From a virus, in IMG/VR virus record IMGVR_UViG_3300028571_000009: a stretch of DNA of 64,000 bases. The stretch is one strand, 5' to 3'. Numbering within the stretch: the first letter of the stretch is position 1; every line of letters starts with the position of its first letter. Positions 20,255 to 29,847 of the stretch are shown piece by piece. The notes beneath the pieces are model-generated. The model was given only the letters and a program-made list of their open reading frames with translations, had not been told where the DNA came from and did no database searches. A program made the position numbers and the translations under genes.

Positions 20255-21464
20255 TTTTATCATTCCGACCAGGAACAACCTAAAGTATCTCAGATGGGCA
20301 TATAATGCTATTAGAGATAATCAAGGCGAACATATAGTAGAACTTTGTGTAGCAGATGATGCATCCACAGACGGTACATGGGAATGGTGTCAGGATAGAA
20401 TGGTTAATGATACTCATTTCAAAGCAATAAGAAATGAAGGGCCTGAAAGATTAGGTCATACAATATTATATGACAAGCTCGTTAACGAAGTAGCTACGAA
20501 TGATATCTGCATGATATATCACGCGGATATGTACCTATGTCCCGGTGCACTAGATGACATAGAAAAATATGTTGATAAGAAAACGATTGTATCACTAACT
20601 AGAATTGAACCGCCACTTCACCCCGATGGACCTGAGAAAGTATTAGCTGATTGGGGCGTAGAACCTGAACAATTCAATGAGAGAGCATTCTTACAATGGT
20701 TCACTTCACCAGAAGCGGATGGTTATAAACCAAAACATAAATGGCCGACAGCCGGGATATTCGCTCCATGGGCATTTTATAAAAGTGATTTCCAGGAGAT
20801 AGGTGGTCATGACCCGTTGTATGCCCCGCAATCAAAAGAAGATTCTGATATCTTCAACAGGTTTATGCTTAATGGTGTGAACTTTGTACAAACTTGGCAG
20901 GGTTGTGTGTATCATATGACTTGCCGCGGTAGTAGATTTAACCCTACGCTGACTACACCAGGTACGAATAGTAAGGAATGGGAAGAACAAAATCAAAAAA
21001 GTACTAAGAACTTTATTCGTAAGTGGGGCAGCTTTGTAAAGCATGATGCTATGATGCAACCTATTGTACCGCATAAGTATAATATTGCGTTTGTAGTAAA
21101 TAATTCTGACATTCAATCACTTCAAGTATTGGAACCATGGTGCGATAGATTGTATTTAGACAATGATATGGATTCTGATGTCATTCATTATATAGAATCT
21201 GAACAGCATAATACTAAGTTTGATTTGACAAAGCGTATATTCATGCAGAGAAATAATGAACCATATGCTGAGAATGATATCGTGGTAGAATTTGATTTAC
21301 GGAAATTTAGTCAATTATCATTTAATACAATACAGGAATTACCGGTGCTTCTAGCACAAATACCAGAACCGGGAGTATATGAACTTGACATATTTAAGAT
21401 TACAGTAAATCTAATAGAGCCATTAGAGAATACATTAATCAAAATACAAACACAATACAACTAA
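20244..21464 (+). CDS. GT2 glycosyltransferase
   Basis: ISFIIP.RN, VADDAS.DGT, HADM, IGGHD..Y, EDSD. Confidence 0.85.
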   Translation: MQISFIIPTRNNLKYLRWAYNAIRDNQGEHIVELCVADDASTDGTWEWCQDRMVNDTHFKAIRNEGPERLGHTILYDKLVNEVATNDICMIYHADMYLCPGALDDIEKYVDKKTIVSLTRIEPPLHPDGPEKVLADWGVEPEQFNERAFLQWFTSPEADGYKPKHKWPTAGIFAPWAFYKSDFQEIGGHDPLYAPQSKEDSDIFNRFMLNGVNFVQTWQGCVYHMTCRGSRFNPTLTTPGTNSKEWEEQNQKSTKNFIRKWGSFVKHDAMMQPIVPHKYNIAFVVNNSDIQSLQVLEPWCDRLYLDNDMDSDVIHYIESEQHNTKFDLTKRIFMQRNNEPYAENDIVVEFDLRKFSQLSFNTIQELPVLLAQIPEPGVYELDIFKITVNLIEPLENTLIKIQTQYN

Positions 21465-21703
21465 TGAAATATTACATAACTCTTCCGGGCGACAAACCTA
21501 GTGCAATCGCATCAACTAATAATATCTTGGGCGAAACTAGCTTTGACAATTTCTGGGGAGAAAATGGTTTCCGGGCATTACGTAATATAATTAGTAAATA
21601 CCCGGAAGTACTTGAAGATATTAAGATATTCGATGATTTTAAGAAACAGTATTCTGTTGAAGAATTCTTGGATACTATTAAAGGAAAGAAATTAATATAC
21701 TAG
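21464..21703 (+). CDS. Conserved phage hypothetical protein
   Basis: Coupled ORF. Confidence 0.55.
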   Translation: MKYYITLPGDKPSAIASTNNILGETSFDNFWGENGFRALRNIISKYPEVLEDIKIFDDFKKQYSVEEFLDTIKGKKLIY

Positions 21704-21707
21704 ATTA

Positions 21708-22067
21708 ATGCTAAACTTGTATGAATGGACATGTAGAGAGTATGATGATTGTGTAACTACTCCTGACGATGCTAAACGAATGTTGTTCACGTGTCTAGAA
21801 TTAACTAAACATGATGGTGATTGTACCAATCAAAACTATACATGTTCATTATGCTTAGTCGATTGTATATTGAATGAGTATTATACGTATATGCGAGTTT
21901 TTATTGCTCTTAAGGAAATTCAACCAGATTTGGTTGAGCTACACTTAGATAGTAACAATCATGCATGGGTAGTGTTTGAAAATGGTGAAGAAATGACGAC
22001 GTCTGAATTCATTGCTAACTCGCCGACCAAACTACTATTGAAGAAATATGAAACTAACAAATTTTAA
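21708..22067 (+). CDS. Hypothetical protein (Cys-rich N-terminal half)
   Basis: ORF with HDGDC...CSLC. Confidence 0.5.
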   Translation: MLNLYEWTCREYDDCVTTPDDAKRMLFTCLELTKHDGDCTNQNYTCSLCLVDCILNEYYTYMRVFIALKEIQPDLVELHLDSNNHAWVVFENGEEMTTSEFIANSPTKLLLKKYETNKF

Positions 22068-22146
22068 TTCGAACAAATGTATACAAGCACCGCAACCATA
22101 GAAACTAGCTCTATCACATTCTTAGACCATCAAATTCTTATTTGTT

Positions 22147-22371
22147 ATGGAGTCTAATATAAGTGGTAGTAACTTCTTTAACGACACTGTAGCGGACGTA
22201 TATGAAGCTTTACAGAAAAGCCCAATATATTGGCCAGGTGAAATGTCATACATACATCGAATCGCCCTTGTGGAGCGAATGACCCAGTATTTTGAAGAGA
22301 CCGGGCAGTTTGAGAAGTGCCAATATCTAAAGAAAGTACTTGAAGTACTACATACAGAACCAAAAAAATGA
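22147..22371 (+). CDS. UVR-motif-like small protein
   Basis: YFEE..QFEKC..LK helix pattern. Confidence 0.5.
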   Translation: MESNISGSNFFNDTVADVYEALQKSPIYWPGEMSYIHRIALVERMTQYFEETGQFEKCQYLKKVLEVLHTEPKK

Positions 22372-22413
22372 TATTTATTATCGAAGATTTTTATTAACCA
22401 AAACAAAACAGTC

Positions 22414-22605
22414 ATGGAAGAAGTACAAGAATTATTCGCAACAATGCAAGCCAATTGGACAGCATTTGAAACAGAGCACGCAGCATTCTCAGTTAAAGGG
22501 AACAAAGCCGCTGGCGCAAGAGCACGTAAAGCTATACAAGCATTGAAAGCTAGTGTAACTAAGTACAAGCAGGCTTCGGTAGCATCTACCAAGAAACCGG
22601 TGTAG
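22414..22605 (+). CDS. Histone H1-like (Hc1-type) basic protein
   Basis: KGNKAAG.RARK motif of Bacteroidota/Chlamydia Hc1-like proteins. Confidence 0.75.
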   Translation: MEEVQELFATMQANWTAFETEHAAFSVKGNKAAGARARKAIQALKASVTKYKQASVASTKKPV

Positions 22606-22626
22606 TCAAACCAAAAGATGGAAGAT

Positions 22627-22668
22627 GTGTTCGGGGTTGCGAAAGCGGTTCCGAACACTTTCATTTTT
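22627..22668 (+). terminator. Hairpin terminator
   Basis: GTGTTCGG/CCGAACAC stem with GAAA loop, then T-rich tail. Confidence 0.6.
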
Positions 22669-22716
22669 AAAATATGGTTATGACATTGTTAATTAAAACA
22701 AACAGTTAAATGGACG

Positions 22717-22962
22717 GTGATAGTTGTAAAGAAATTCAATCAATTCTTAATGTGGCTAAGAACGCCCGTAAACACGATGCAAGCATACTTAATGCTGGCG
22801 ATGTTTTTCAACCCCTTTGGTTTCGACGCTATCTTCGCTATGATGATAAAGCTGACAGGCTCATATTGGACAGGGGATATCGCTATGTATTTATTATCAG
22901 CATTATTTTTTACATTATTCTTATTACGACGTCGTAAGCATAAACAACAAAATTCTGACTAG
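22717..22962 (+). CDS. Small membrane protein
   Basis: Two hydrophobic segments, basic C-terminus. Confidence 0.5.
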   Translation: MIVVKKFNQFLMWLRTPVNTMQAYLMLAMFFNPFGFDAIFAMMIKLTGSYWTGDIAMYLLSALFFTLFLLRRRKHKQQNSD

Positions 22963-23014
22963 TTGTGGTTATTTCTTCTTTCGCACTATATTTATAGAAA
23001 AGATATAAAATCTA

Positions 23015-23170
23015 ATGGCAAAGAAAGGCAAATCAGACGGTGGAAGTGCACGGGGTTCATACCAAAACAAACCTACAAAGAAACGTCCGGGCATTCATTC
23101 TAAGAAACGTACATCGAAAATAAAAACGTCTAAACATTATGTGAAGGCTTCACGTGGTCAAGGTAAATAA
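23015..23170 (+). CDS. Small basic protein, 51 aa (not in ORF track)
   Basis: Hand-translated MAKKGKS...SRGQGK, behind an ATATTTATA motif. Confidence 0.65.
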   Translation: MAKKGKSDGGSARGSYQNKPTKKRPGIHSKKRTSKIKTSKHYVKASRGQGK

Positions 23171-23175
23171 CTAAT

Positions 23176-23547
23176 ATGAATCCAATATCAATCTATCTTA
23201 ATAAAGTACATAAGTTTTTTGCAACAGATTTCATGGAATTCGTTGCGGGATATAAAAAATCATATCCTAAAATTAAAGTGTTACAATCTAAGGATGATAA
23301 AATGTATTACGGATTCTTTCCAGGAGAAACTACTGGTGAATTCAAATACGACAAAGATGATGGAGTTCTATACACTGACCTATCGCAAACACAAGTATAT
23401 CAATTTGTTCGTAAGGGTGCACCAAAGAAAGCCCCTAAAGAAATAAAACTTACACCGGGTGAAAATCCTAACTCACAGTTCAAATCGCAGGACGATAAAT
23501 GGAAAAAGGACCTTTACCCAGAAGGACCTAATTGGACAGGTGACTAA
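23176..23547 (+). CDS. Hypothetical protein
   Basis: 123-aa ORF. Confidence 0.55.
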   Translation: MNPISIYLNKVHKFFATDFMEFVAGYKKSYPKIKVLQSKDDKMYYGFFPGETTGEFKYDKDDGVLYTDLSQTQVYQFVRKGAPKKAPKEIKLTPGENPNSQFKSQDDKWKKDLYPEGPNWTGD

Positions 23548-23588
23548 TTAAATTTGGTAAATTCAATCTTAATCGCTATATTTAATAT

Positions 23589-24026
23589 ATGGCTGATAAT
23601 TTATTAGTTCGACGTTTTAAGAATACCGGAACGGTACCTAGTACTGTCGACTTCTGGGTATATGACCTAGACTATTCACATAACAGTCCGGTTGCGGTGT
23701 ACATTGACGTACTCGAAAAAGTTACTACCGATTCAGTATTAGCGACGTATAGGAAAGAGAGCCGTGGCGTTAAACACAAGAAGGACGTTCCCGCACCAAT
23801 TGCTCAGGCGGTACATAAAGTTACTACCAAGGCTATACGTGATAAGTCGCCCAAACCGACTAAAAAGGTTGAGAAGAAAAAGGTACAAAAAAAGCCAGCA
23901 AAACTTATCAAGAAGAGTTCAACCAAAATTCTTAAGAAGAAACCGGTGGAAAAAAAGAAAGATAAGCCAATCAAATCAACTAAGAAAAACATTAATAAAG
24001 TATTTAACCAATTTTTCGGTGATTAA
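23589..24026 (+). CDS. Hypothetical protein with Lys-rich tail
   Basis: ORF directly behind a TTG-N-TATATTTA promoter. Confidence 0.55.
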   Translation: MADNLLVRRFKNTGTVPSTVDFWVYDLDYSHNSPVAVYIDVLEKVTTDSVLATYRKESRGVKHKKDVPAPIAQAVHKVTTKAIRDKSPKPTKKVEKKKVQKKPAKLIKKSSTKILKKKPVEKKKDKPIKSTKKNINKVFNQFFGD

Positions 24027-24050
24027 TCTAACACTAATAGCAATACTAAT

Positions 24051-24431
24051 ATGCAAGGAAAACCTGAAATTACTCACAAGGGCTGTACGCTCATGGATAT
24101 TCGATTTAAAAAAGACACGTACATAGCAACATTTGGTTGCGGAGTACTAAAATTCGACCACATATACATTCCCGTATTCAAAATGGAATCAGTTGTTAAG
24201 GAATATTTCTTACAGTCGGTTGAAAACGTTGGTCGCGATAAATTAATGAATGTCGTATATGACCTTAACCTAACAAAGGGCGGTTACTCAAACGAGTCCC
24301 GTAATGAATTTGTCAAGGCAGTAGCCGATAGATTCTATCTGAACTATATAACTATCTCAGGTGCACTCGATTGTTCTCCGGTAGAAACAAATGGTACTGG
24401 TACTAAGATAAACAAAGTATTGCACGGGTAA
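24051..24431 (+). CDS. Hypothetical protein
   Basis: ORF. Confidence 0.5.
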   Translation: MQGKPEITHKGCTLMDIRFKKDTYIATFGCGVLKFDHIYIPVFKMESVVKEYFLQSVENVGRDKLMNVVYDLNLTKGGYSNESRNEFVKAVADRFYLNYITISGALDCSPVETNGTGTKINKVLHG

Positions 24432-24493
24432 TCTTGGATACTTCAAGATTTTACCTTATATTTTTATTATTATTTAACAAAACCAATTTAGTT

Positions 24494-24814
24494 ATGTCCA
24501 CGAATGTGAAGACTTCTAATGCGTTCTTTGCAGCAACGCAGCTCGAAACCGAGCGAAAAATACTGCGTAATCGCCTTTATAGTACGTTTCAAGGTCTAAC
24601 CGACTATCTGAAAGCTACTTACGGTGAAAATTTTGAATACGTAAGACGTCGTACTTATGTAGGACCACGTGTAGCAAACACAAAATTTTGTGGAGCTAAC
24701 TGGGGCAACGATGCCACCCAGGTATTAAACTGCATCAATACCCGTTACAAAGGTGTGTTGACAGCGAAAGTTACCGGTCCAAACGAGGATTCGATTACAG
24801 TATTCATGAACTAA
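24494..24814 (+). CDS. Hypothetical protein
   Basis: ORF, start at ATG 24494. Confidence 0.5.
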   Translation: MSTNVKTSNAFFAATQLETERKILRNRLYSTFQGLTDYLKATYGENFEYVRRRTYVGPRVANTKFCGANWGNDATQVLNCINTRYKGVLTAKVTGPNEDSITVFMN

Positions 24815-24861
24815 TCCATTAACGGATTATCTACGGTAGAGCAATACTCTACTCACACGGG

Positions 24862-24908
24862 CTATTTTTAGGGCTACATTTTCGAAAGATTATGTAGCCC
24901 TTTTTCAT
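24862..24908 (+). terminator. Hairpin terminator
   Basis: GGGCTACAT/ATGTAGCCC stem then T tract. Confidence 0.6.
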
Positions 24909-24955
24909 TTTTGGTAGTATAAATATGTATTCTTATATTTATAGTAAAGCGGTTT

Positions 24956-25372
24956 ATGAAAAATATTCTAACTAAGTTCTGGGAATTTATTAAGTTACAT
25001 AAGAAATATGTGTTCTTAATACTACTAACAATTATTATAGTATGTGCGGGTATCATTCTATTTGCACCTGCGAAGTCCATGTTTGACGATTTATTAGGAC
25101 GAAAGGAAATTAAACGTTTAAAAAAAGAAAAGAGTGAATTGCTTATTATAAGTCAGCAACGATTAGACAGTGCCATATATTATAAGTCCGTAGCTGATTC
25201 ATATACGAAAAATATTGATAGTTCAAAAACCGTAACCATTTACATTAAACAAAAGACAGATGAAGAAGTTAATAACATTAGGTTTGCTCCTGTTGATAGC
25301 AACATTATCAAGTACACTACCGACCTTGAACAGTATCTCAGCACAAGGACGCTCGGAACTAACCCCGAATGA
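24956..25372 (+). CDS. Membrane-anchored coiled-coil protein (i-spanin-like)
   Basis: N-terminal TM helix and coiled coil; overlaps next gene. Confidence 0.45.
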   Translation: MKNILTKFWEFIKLHKKYVFLILLTIIIVCAGIILFAPAKSMFDDLLGRKEIKRLKKEKSELLIISQQRLDSAIYYKSVADSYTKNIDSSKTVTIYIKQKTDEEVNNIRFAPVDSNIIKYTTDLEQYLSTRTLGTNPE

Positions 25373-25718
25373 TACTCTTAAAGTAACCGTTCGGTATCGT
25401 TATATTGTAGCAACTCGTATGCTATATAGAGACTATTGTGGAAAAGCCAAAGAAGCTAATCAACAACTATACACCATACAACAACAGGACCTTAAGATTA
25501 AGGCGCTTAATAAATCATACACTGAATGCTTCGCAGCCGATAGTGCAAGACGCCAGGCCGGTGTACGAGATTCAATTCTATTGAAGAATAATGAACGACA
25601 AATAGTTGACCTACGGTTAACTAATATGCAGAATAAAATTGGTAAGATAGCATCGTCTGTATTTGTACCGGTAGCGGCAGTCGTAGGATTCTTAGCGGGT
25701 TGGTATTTACATAAGTAA
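25260..25718 (+). CDS. Signal-peptide/coiled-coil protein with C-terminal TM (spanin-partner-like)
   Basis: MKKLITLGLLLL signal; C-terminal hydrophobic helix. Confidence 0.45.
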   Translation: MKKLITLGLLLLIATLSSTLPTLNSISAQGRSELTPNDTLKVTVRYRYIVATRMLYRDYCGKAKEANQQLYTIQQQDLKIKALNKSYTECFAADSARRQAGVRDSILLKNNERQIVDLRLTNMQNKIGKIASSVFVPVAAVVGFLAGWYLHK

Positions 25719-25733
25719 TTTAAAATCAAGTGT

Positions 25734-26477
25734 ATGAAAGTAAAAATAGCGTGGTCGGAATCAAAAGCTTTACAATTTTTAAATTGGTACATAGCTTCAT
25801 TTTCTAATCTCAAACACCTACACGAGATTGATGATAAGTTCCTTCTGTACTTATGGCAAGAGTCACTTAAAGATAACAAAATATGCTATTTCTTCCTTAC
25901 AGAGCTTTACAAGGCCGATGCAAATAACATTAAATTCATTATCAAATCAACCAAACAAATTGTATTATCTGAAAATGTTAAATGTGTCGGATACTTTGAC
26001 TCGGCCGTGTCGCCGGCAGTATTAGCTAGTACAGTTGGTTATGGCGACGAGTCACATTGGCTAAGTATTCTAGTGCATGAAACGTGTCATATGGACCAAT
26101 TTCTAGAAGACCCGATTTTATGGAAAGAATACGATAGATGTATCGATATAGACGATTGGTTATCCGGTAAGCGTGAATCTAAATTTGATGTTGAACACGC
26201 TATTGATAAGACACAGAAATTAGAGCTTGACTGTGAACGCCGCGCGGTGAGAAAACTTAAGAAGTTTAACCTACCGATTGATACTGATGAATATATTCAG
26301 AAGGCCAACTCATATGTATTCTTTCATCAATATCTTAAGACATCGAGAATATGGCCGGTGCCGGGTAAGCTATACAATAAACGCCTATACTCAAAGCTAC
26401 CTACCACATTTCTAAACGATGATGCTTATACAACACTGCCTGATGAATTTAGGACGTTGTTCGATAAATACTTATAA
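25734..26477 (+). CDS. HExxH metallopeptidase-like protein
   Basis: LVHETCH with downstream LELDCE. Confidence 0.5.
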   Translation: MKVKIAWSESKALQFLNWYIASFSNLKHLHEIDDKFLLYLWQESLKDNKICYFFLTELYKADANNIKFIIKSTKQIVLSENVKCVGYFDSAVSPAVLASTVGYGDESHWLSILVHETCHMDQFLEDPILWKEYDRCIDIDDWLSGKRESKFDVEHAIDKTQKLELDCERRAVRKLKKFNLPIDTDEYIQKANSYVFFHQYLKTSRIWPVPGKLYNKRLYSKLPTTFLNDDAYTTLPDEFRTLFDKYL

Positions 26478-26830
26478 TGTTTGTAATACAAGAATATAGA
26501 CTTAATACTGTTACGACAGGTGTAACACATTTGTCGCCATCATTCGGTACATTCGATGTGTATGTTCTATTGGAAGAAGATAACTTAGAAAAATGGGTGT
26601 CAATACCACACGAGCTATTCTTTGAATACATTAAAGTTAGTAATAGTTCATTACATTCGTATGTAGAGTCAAACAACTTCGATACTTGGGAATTAGCTAT
26701 TGATAATTTAGATGGTCTAGGTTATGATTTTGGGGAAGCACTCCTTAAGTATATAGAAGTATCATATAGCAAATTTGTATTCAGGTCTATGACCGATTAT
26801 GACCCCGACTTTGAAGTAACATGTTATTAA
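26477..26830 (+). CDS. Hypothetical protein
   Basis: Coupled ORF. Confidence 0.55.
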   Translation: MFVIQEYRLNTVTTGVTHLSPSFGTFDVYVLLEEDNLEKWVSIPHELFFEYIKVSNSSLHSYVESNNFDTWELAIDNLDGLGYDFGEALLKYIEVSYSKFVFRSMTDYDPDFEVTCY

Positions 26831-26837
26831 ATTTACT

Positions 26838-27413
26838 ATGGCCATTAAAGGACAACCACCATTAAACCTTTCAGAATCACAGATAAAATATGCACTGGAG
26901 AATACTAATTCTATTCGACAGGCCGCGGCATGGTTACACGTTAATTACTTGACGTTTAAAAAGTATGCCAGGTTATATATTGACCCGGCTACAGGTAAGA
27001 GTCTATTCGCCTTGCACCTGAGTGAGAAAGCTAAGAAAGCATGGGAAACTAGATTGAATCCACAGCTTAAAGACCCGACGTCGAAAGTTCGACCGATGAC
27101 AATGTGGAAAAAAGCTACCCTTGAAGATATCTTCGCGGGCAAGCATCCAAATTATAGTCGTAAGATTCTAGTTACTCGAATGATTCATGAAGGACTGATA
27201 GCTGAATGCTGTTCACATTGTGGATATAACACCAGAAGAGAAGTCGACTTTAAAATGCCATTAAAATTGTGGTTCTACAACCACGACCCAAAAGATTTAT
27301 CACAAGATAACATTAGATTGTTATGCTTCAATTGCTATTACCTTATAGCAAATCCAAACTATGCACATATCAGTGAATTGGAAGGTGATAAAATGCCAAA
27401 AGCGGGATTCTAG
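26838..27413 (+). CDS. HTH plus degenerate HNH-like protein
   Basis: N-terminal HTH-like, CSHC, N.RLLCFNC; first His absent. Confidence 0.55.
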   Translation: MAIKGQPPLNLSESQIKYALENTNSIRQAAAWLHVNYLTFKKYARLYIDPATGKSLFALHLSEKAKKAWETRLNPQLKDPTSKVRPMTMWKKATLEDIFAGKHPNYSRKILVTRMIHEGLIAECCSHCGYNTRREVDFKMPLKLWFYNHDPKDLSQDNIRLLCFNCYYLIANPNYAHISELEGDKMPKAGF

Positions 27414-27456
27414 ACTCGTTTGGTTATATCAACAAATTATCTTATCTTAATAATAT
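27411..27456 (+). promoter_or_regulatory. Bacteroidota-type promoter, copy 1 of a 46-bp repeat
   Basis: TTG 27420-22, 20-nt spacer, TATCTTAA 27443-50, ATG at 27455. Confidence 0.75.
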
Positions 27457-28837
27457 GGAAATAAGGGATATATTATTGGAGATTGCTAATGAGTCATCTA
27501 CCAAACGAAAGATGGAAATTCTTTCTAAATACAAAGCAAACCAAACGCTTAAGGATGTATTATATCACGCGAAATCCAAACGGGTCAAATTCTATCTAAA
27601 ACAGATACCACCGTATTCATCCGCTAATCAACCCACAATCGATTTACGAACCGCACTTATAGAACTGAAATATCTTACGTCACGCGAATTTACTGGCGAT
27701 GAAGCTAGTATGCACTTGGCTGATAACATTCTGTATCCATTAAGCCCGGACGATGCGTATGTGATTGAGCGTATTATTGACAAAGACTTAAAAATTGGAA
27801 TGGGCACATCTAATATCAATAAGGTGTTTCCTAAACTAATCGAAGAGACACCTTATATGGGTGCTAAAGCATATGACCCTGAGTTGGTTAAGCTGTTATT
27901 CGATAAGAAAAATGGCGGTGTAGTTAGTCAGGTTAAAATGGACGGACGCTACTGTAACGCTATTATAGAAGGAGGAACGATTGAATTAGAATCGCGTAAT
28001 GGTGAGAAAACTCCACTCGAAGGTCTGTTATTTCTGGAAGAATTAACTGGCTTTCCCGACTGTGTTCTAAACGGTGAATTGACAATTGACAACGTTCCCA
28101 GATTTATTAGTAATGGAATTGTAGCATCATTAGTCAGCATTGGTAAGAAAAAAGTTGAAGGGCTTAATGTTTCAGCAGAAATAGCAAAGTTCGATAGAAA
28201 GCAACCGATGTCGTATCAAGAAGCAATGAAAGCCGTTAGGTTTACCGTGTGGGATACTATTTCAATTGATGAGTACTTCGCAATGTATAGTCCGACAACG
28301 TATGACGTTCGATTAGCAAATGCCATCAAGTTATGTTTAGGGTGTACAATGGTATCTCCTATAGAAACTAAAATAGTTCACAGTGTTGCGGAAGCAATGG
28401 CCGATTTTGAGAAAGGATTGCTTAATGGTGAAGAAGGTAGAATTCTTAAAACACTTAATGGTGTATGGAAGGATGGTAAACCTAAAAACCAAGTGAAACT
28501 GAAAAAGGATATGACAATCGATTTAAAGATTGTAGGATTCAATTATGGTACGGGTAAGAATTCTGAATGGATTTCTTCATTACAAACTATGAGCTCTGAC
28601 GGTATTTTAAGAACCGAACCGGGCGGTATTGATGAAGACATGATGGAGTATATCACAGCTAACCAGGGTAAGTTACTTGGTACAATTGTAGAAGTTCGAT
28701 GCTCAGGTGTTTGTCAGGATTCAAAAGGTGAATGGTCAACTATGCACCCTAGGTTTGAGAAATTACGTGATGATAAAGATACTGCTAATTCATTGCAGGA
28801 ATGTATTGATATTGATAAAGCAACCACTTATTTATGA
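27455..28837 (+). CDS. ATP-dependent DNA ligase (T4 gp30-like)
   Basis: KMDGRY motif I, GEL, EEG.ILK, K.KK, HPRF..LRDDK. Confidence 0.92.
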   Translation: MEIRDILLEIANESSTKRKMEILSKYKANQTLKDVLYHAKSKRVKFYLKQIPPYSSANQPTIDLRTALIELKYLTSREFTGDEASMHLADNILYPLSPDDAYVIERIIDKDLKIGMGTSNINKVFPKLIEETPYMGAKAYDPELVKLLFDKKNGGVVSQVKMDGRYCNAIIEGGTIELESRNGEKTPLEGLLFLEELTGFPDCVLNGELTIDNVPRFISNGIVASLVSIGKKKVEGLNVSAEIAKFDRKQPMSYQEAMKAVRFTVWDTISIDEYFAMYSPTTYDVRLANAIKLCLGCTMVSPIETKIVHSVAEAMADFEKGLLNGEEGRILKTLNGVWKDGKPKNQVKLKKDMTIDLKIVGFNYGTGKNSEWISSLQTMSSDGILRTEPGGIDEDMMEYITANQGKLLGTIVEVRCSGVCQDSKGEWSTMHPRFEKLRDDKDTANSLQECIDIDKATTYL

Positions 28838-29049
28838 AAAGAATAAAAGAATTTGATATTGTACAACTCAGGAAAAAGTATAAGGCAATTAACAATTGGT
28901 TTGAAGACCAAGTGAGTAATGGTGAGATACGAAATGATACTGGAGTACAGTATACTGTTGACGACGATGACGACGAAGAAATGGATAAGGCTCTAATTAA
29001 ATTAGGAGCTAAGTCCGGCGAGACGGTTCTTCTTTGGGTGTCTTGGTAA
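28834..29049 (+). CDS. Hypothetical protein
   Basis: Coupled ORF. Confidence 0.5.
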   Translation: MKRIKEFDIVQLRKKYKAINNWFEDQVSNGEIRNDTGVQYTVDDDDDEEMDKALIKLGAKSGETVLLWVSW

Positions 29050-29063
29050 ATGTAAATAATCGT

Positions 29064-29504
29064 ATGAAAAATAAAAACAATTTATATATGCCAACAGGAT
29101 ACACAGCTGATATATCAGCTGAGCCATTAGTTATCGTACCACATACCCAGGAATTCGAGAATGTCCCGAACGCTAGAATCAGCTACTGCTATCTTCATGG
29201 TAAACTAGAAAACGATGCTAGATATGATTGCTTTGGATTCGGCGGGACATTTTCCGGGCGTATTTTGGAAGACACATTTTCCGGGCGTATTTTGGAAGAC
29301 GATTCCCGGGACAGTTACATACGCCCGGAAGTACTAAGTGATGGAATATACCCAGCAGTATTTAATAACAAACCTTGTACATTCTATTATTGGAATTCGC
29401 AGGATACATACGGTAGACATCGTGGCCTAGTAGTATATAATGACGATACCGAAGCTGTTGAATATGCGCGCGATAAATTTATAAACAAAGAATCACATTT
29501 GTAA
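29064..29504 (+). CDS. Hypothetical protein
   Basis: ORF containing an in-frame 27-bp duplication. Confidence 0.5.
   Translation: MKNKNNLYMPTGYTADISAEPLVIVPHTQEFENVPNARISYCYLHGKLENDARYDCFGFGGTFSGRILEDTFSGRILEDDSRDSYIRPEVLSDGIYPAVFNNKPCTFYYWNSQDTYGRHRGLVVYNDDTEAVEYARDKFINKESHL
29247..29300 (+). repeat. Perfect 27-bp tandem duplication
   Basis: ACATTTTCCGGGCGTATTTTGGAAGAC x2. Confidence 0.95.
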
Positions 29505-29539
29505 TACCTTTTGAACATATTTATAGTAAATCTATTTAT

Positions 29540-29827
29540 ATGCGAAAGGTACTTTCATGGCTTAACGGTCTTTTATTAGACGAACGATATACGCCATCAG
29601 CAAAACGATTTACGGGCATTGTATGTGCATTAACACTGTGTGGTGTCCTGATATATAGTGTATTTACTAAACCACCAGCCGTTCTAGATAGCACTCTAAT
29701 AAGCACTATAGGGCTTCTAGCATTTGGCTGTTTAGGACTGTCGTCAGTTGATAAATTCACAGCCGGGAAATCAGAAGTAGCGAAAGCGATGGCCGGAATA
29801 ATTACTCCGGAAGAAGAGCCAAAATAA
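29540..29827 (+). CDS. Two-TM holin-like protein
   Basis: S.KR..G, two TM helices, acidic tail. Confidence 0.45.
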   Translation: MRKVLSWLNGLLLDERYTPSAKRFTGIVCALTLCGVLIYSVFTKPPAVLDSTLISTIGLLAFGCLGLSSVDKFTAGKSEVAKAMAGIITPEEEPK

Positions 29828-29847
29828 CTAAAAGTTAAAATCATATT

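Noticed and set aside
27455-28837. Intein or intron in the DNA ligase or other core genes
   Set aside because: Lengths and motif spacing are normal; no splice-junction motifs seen
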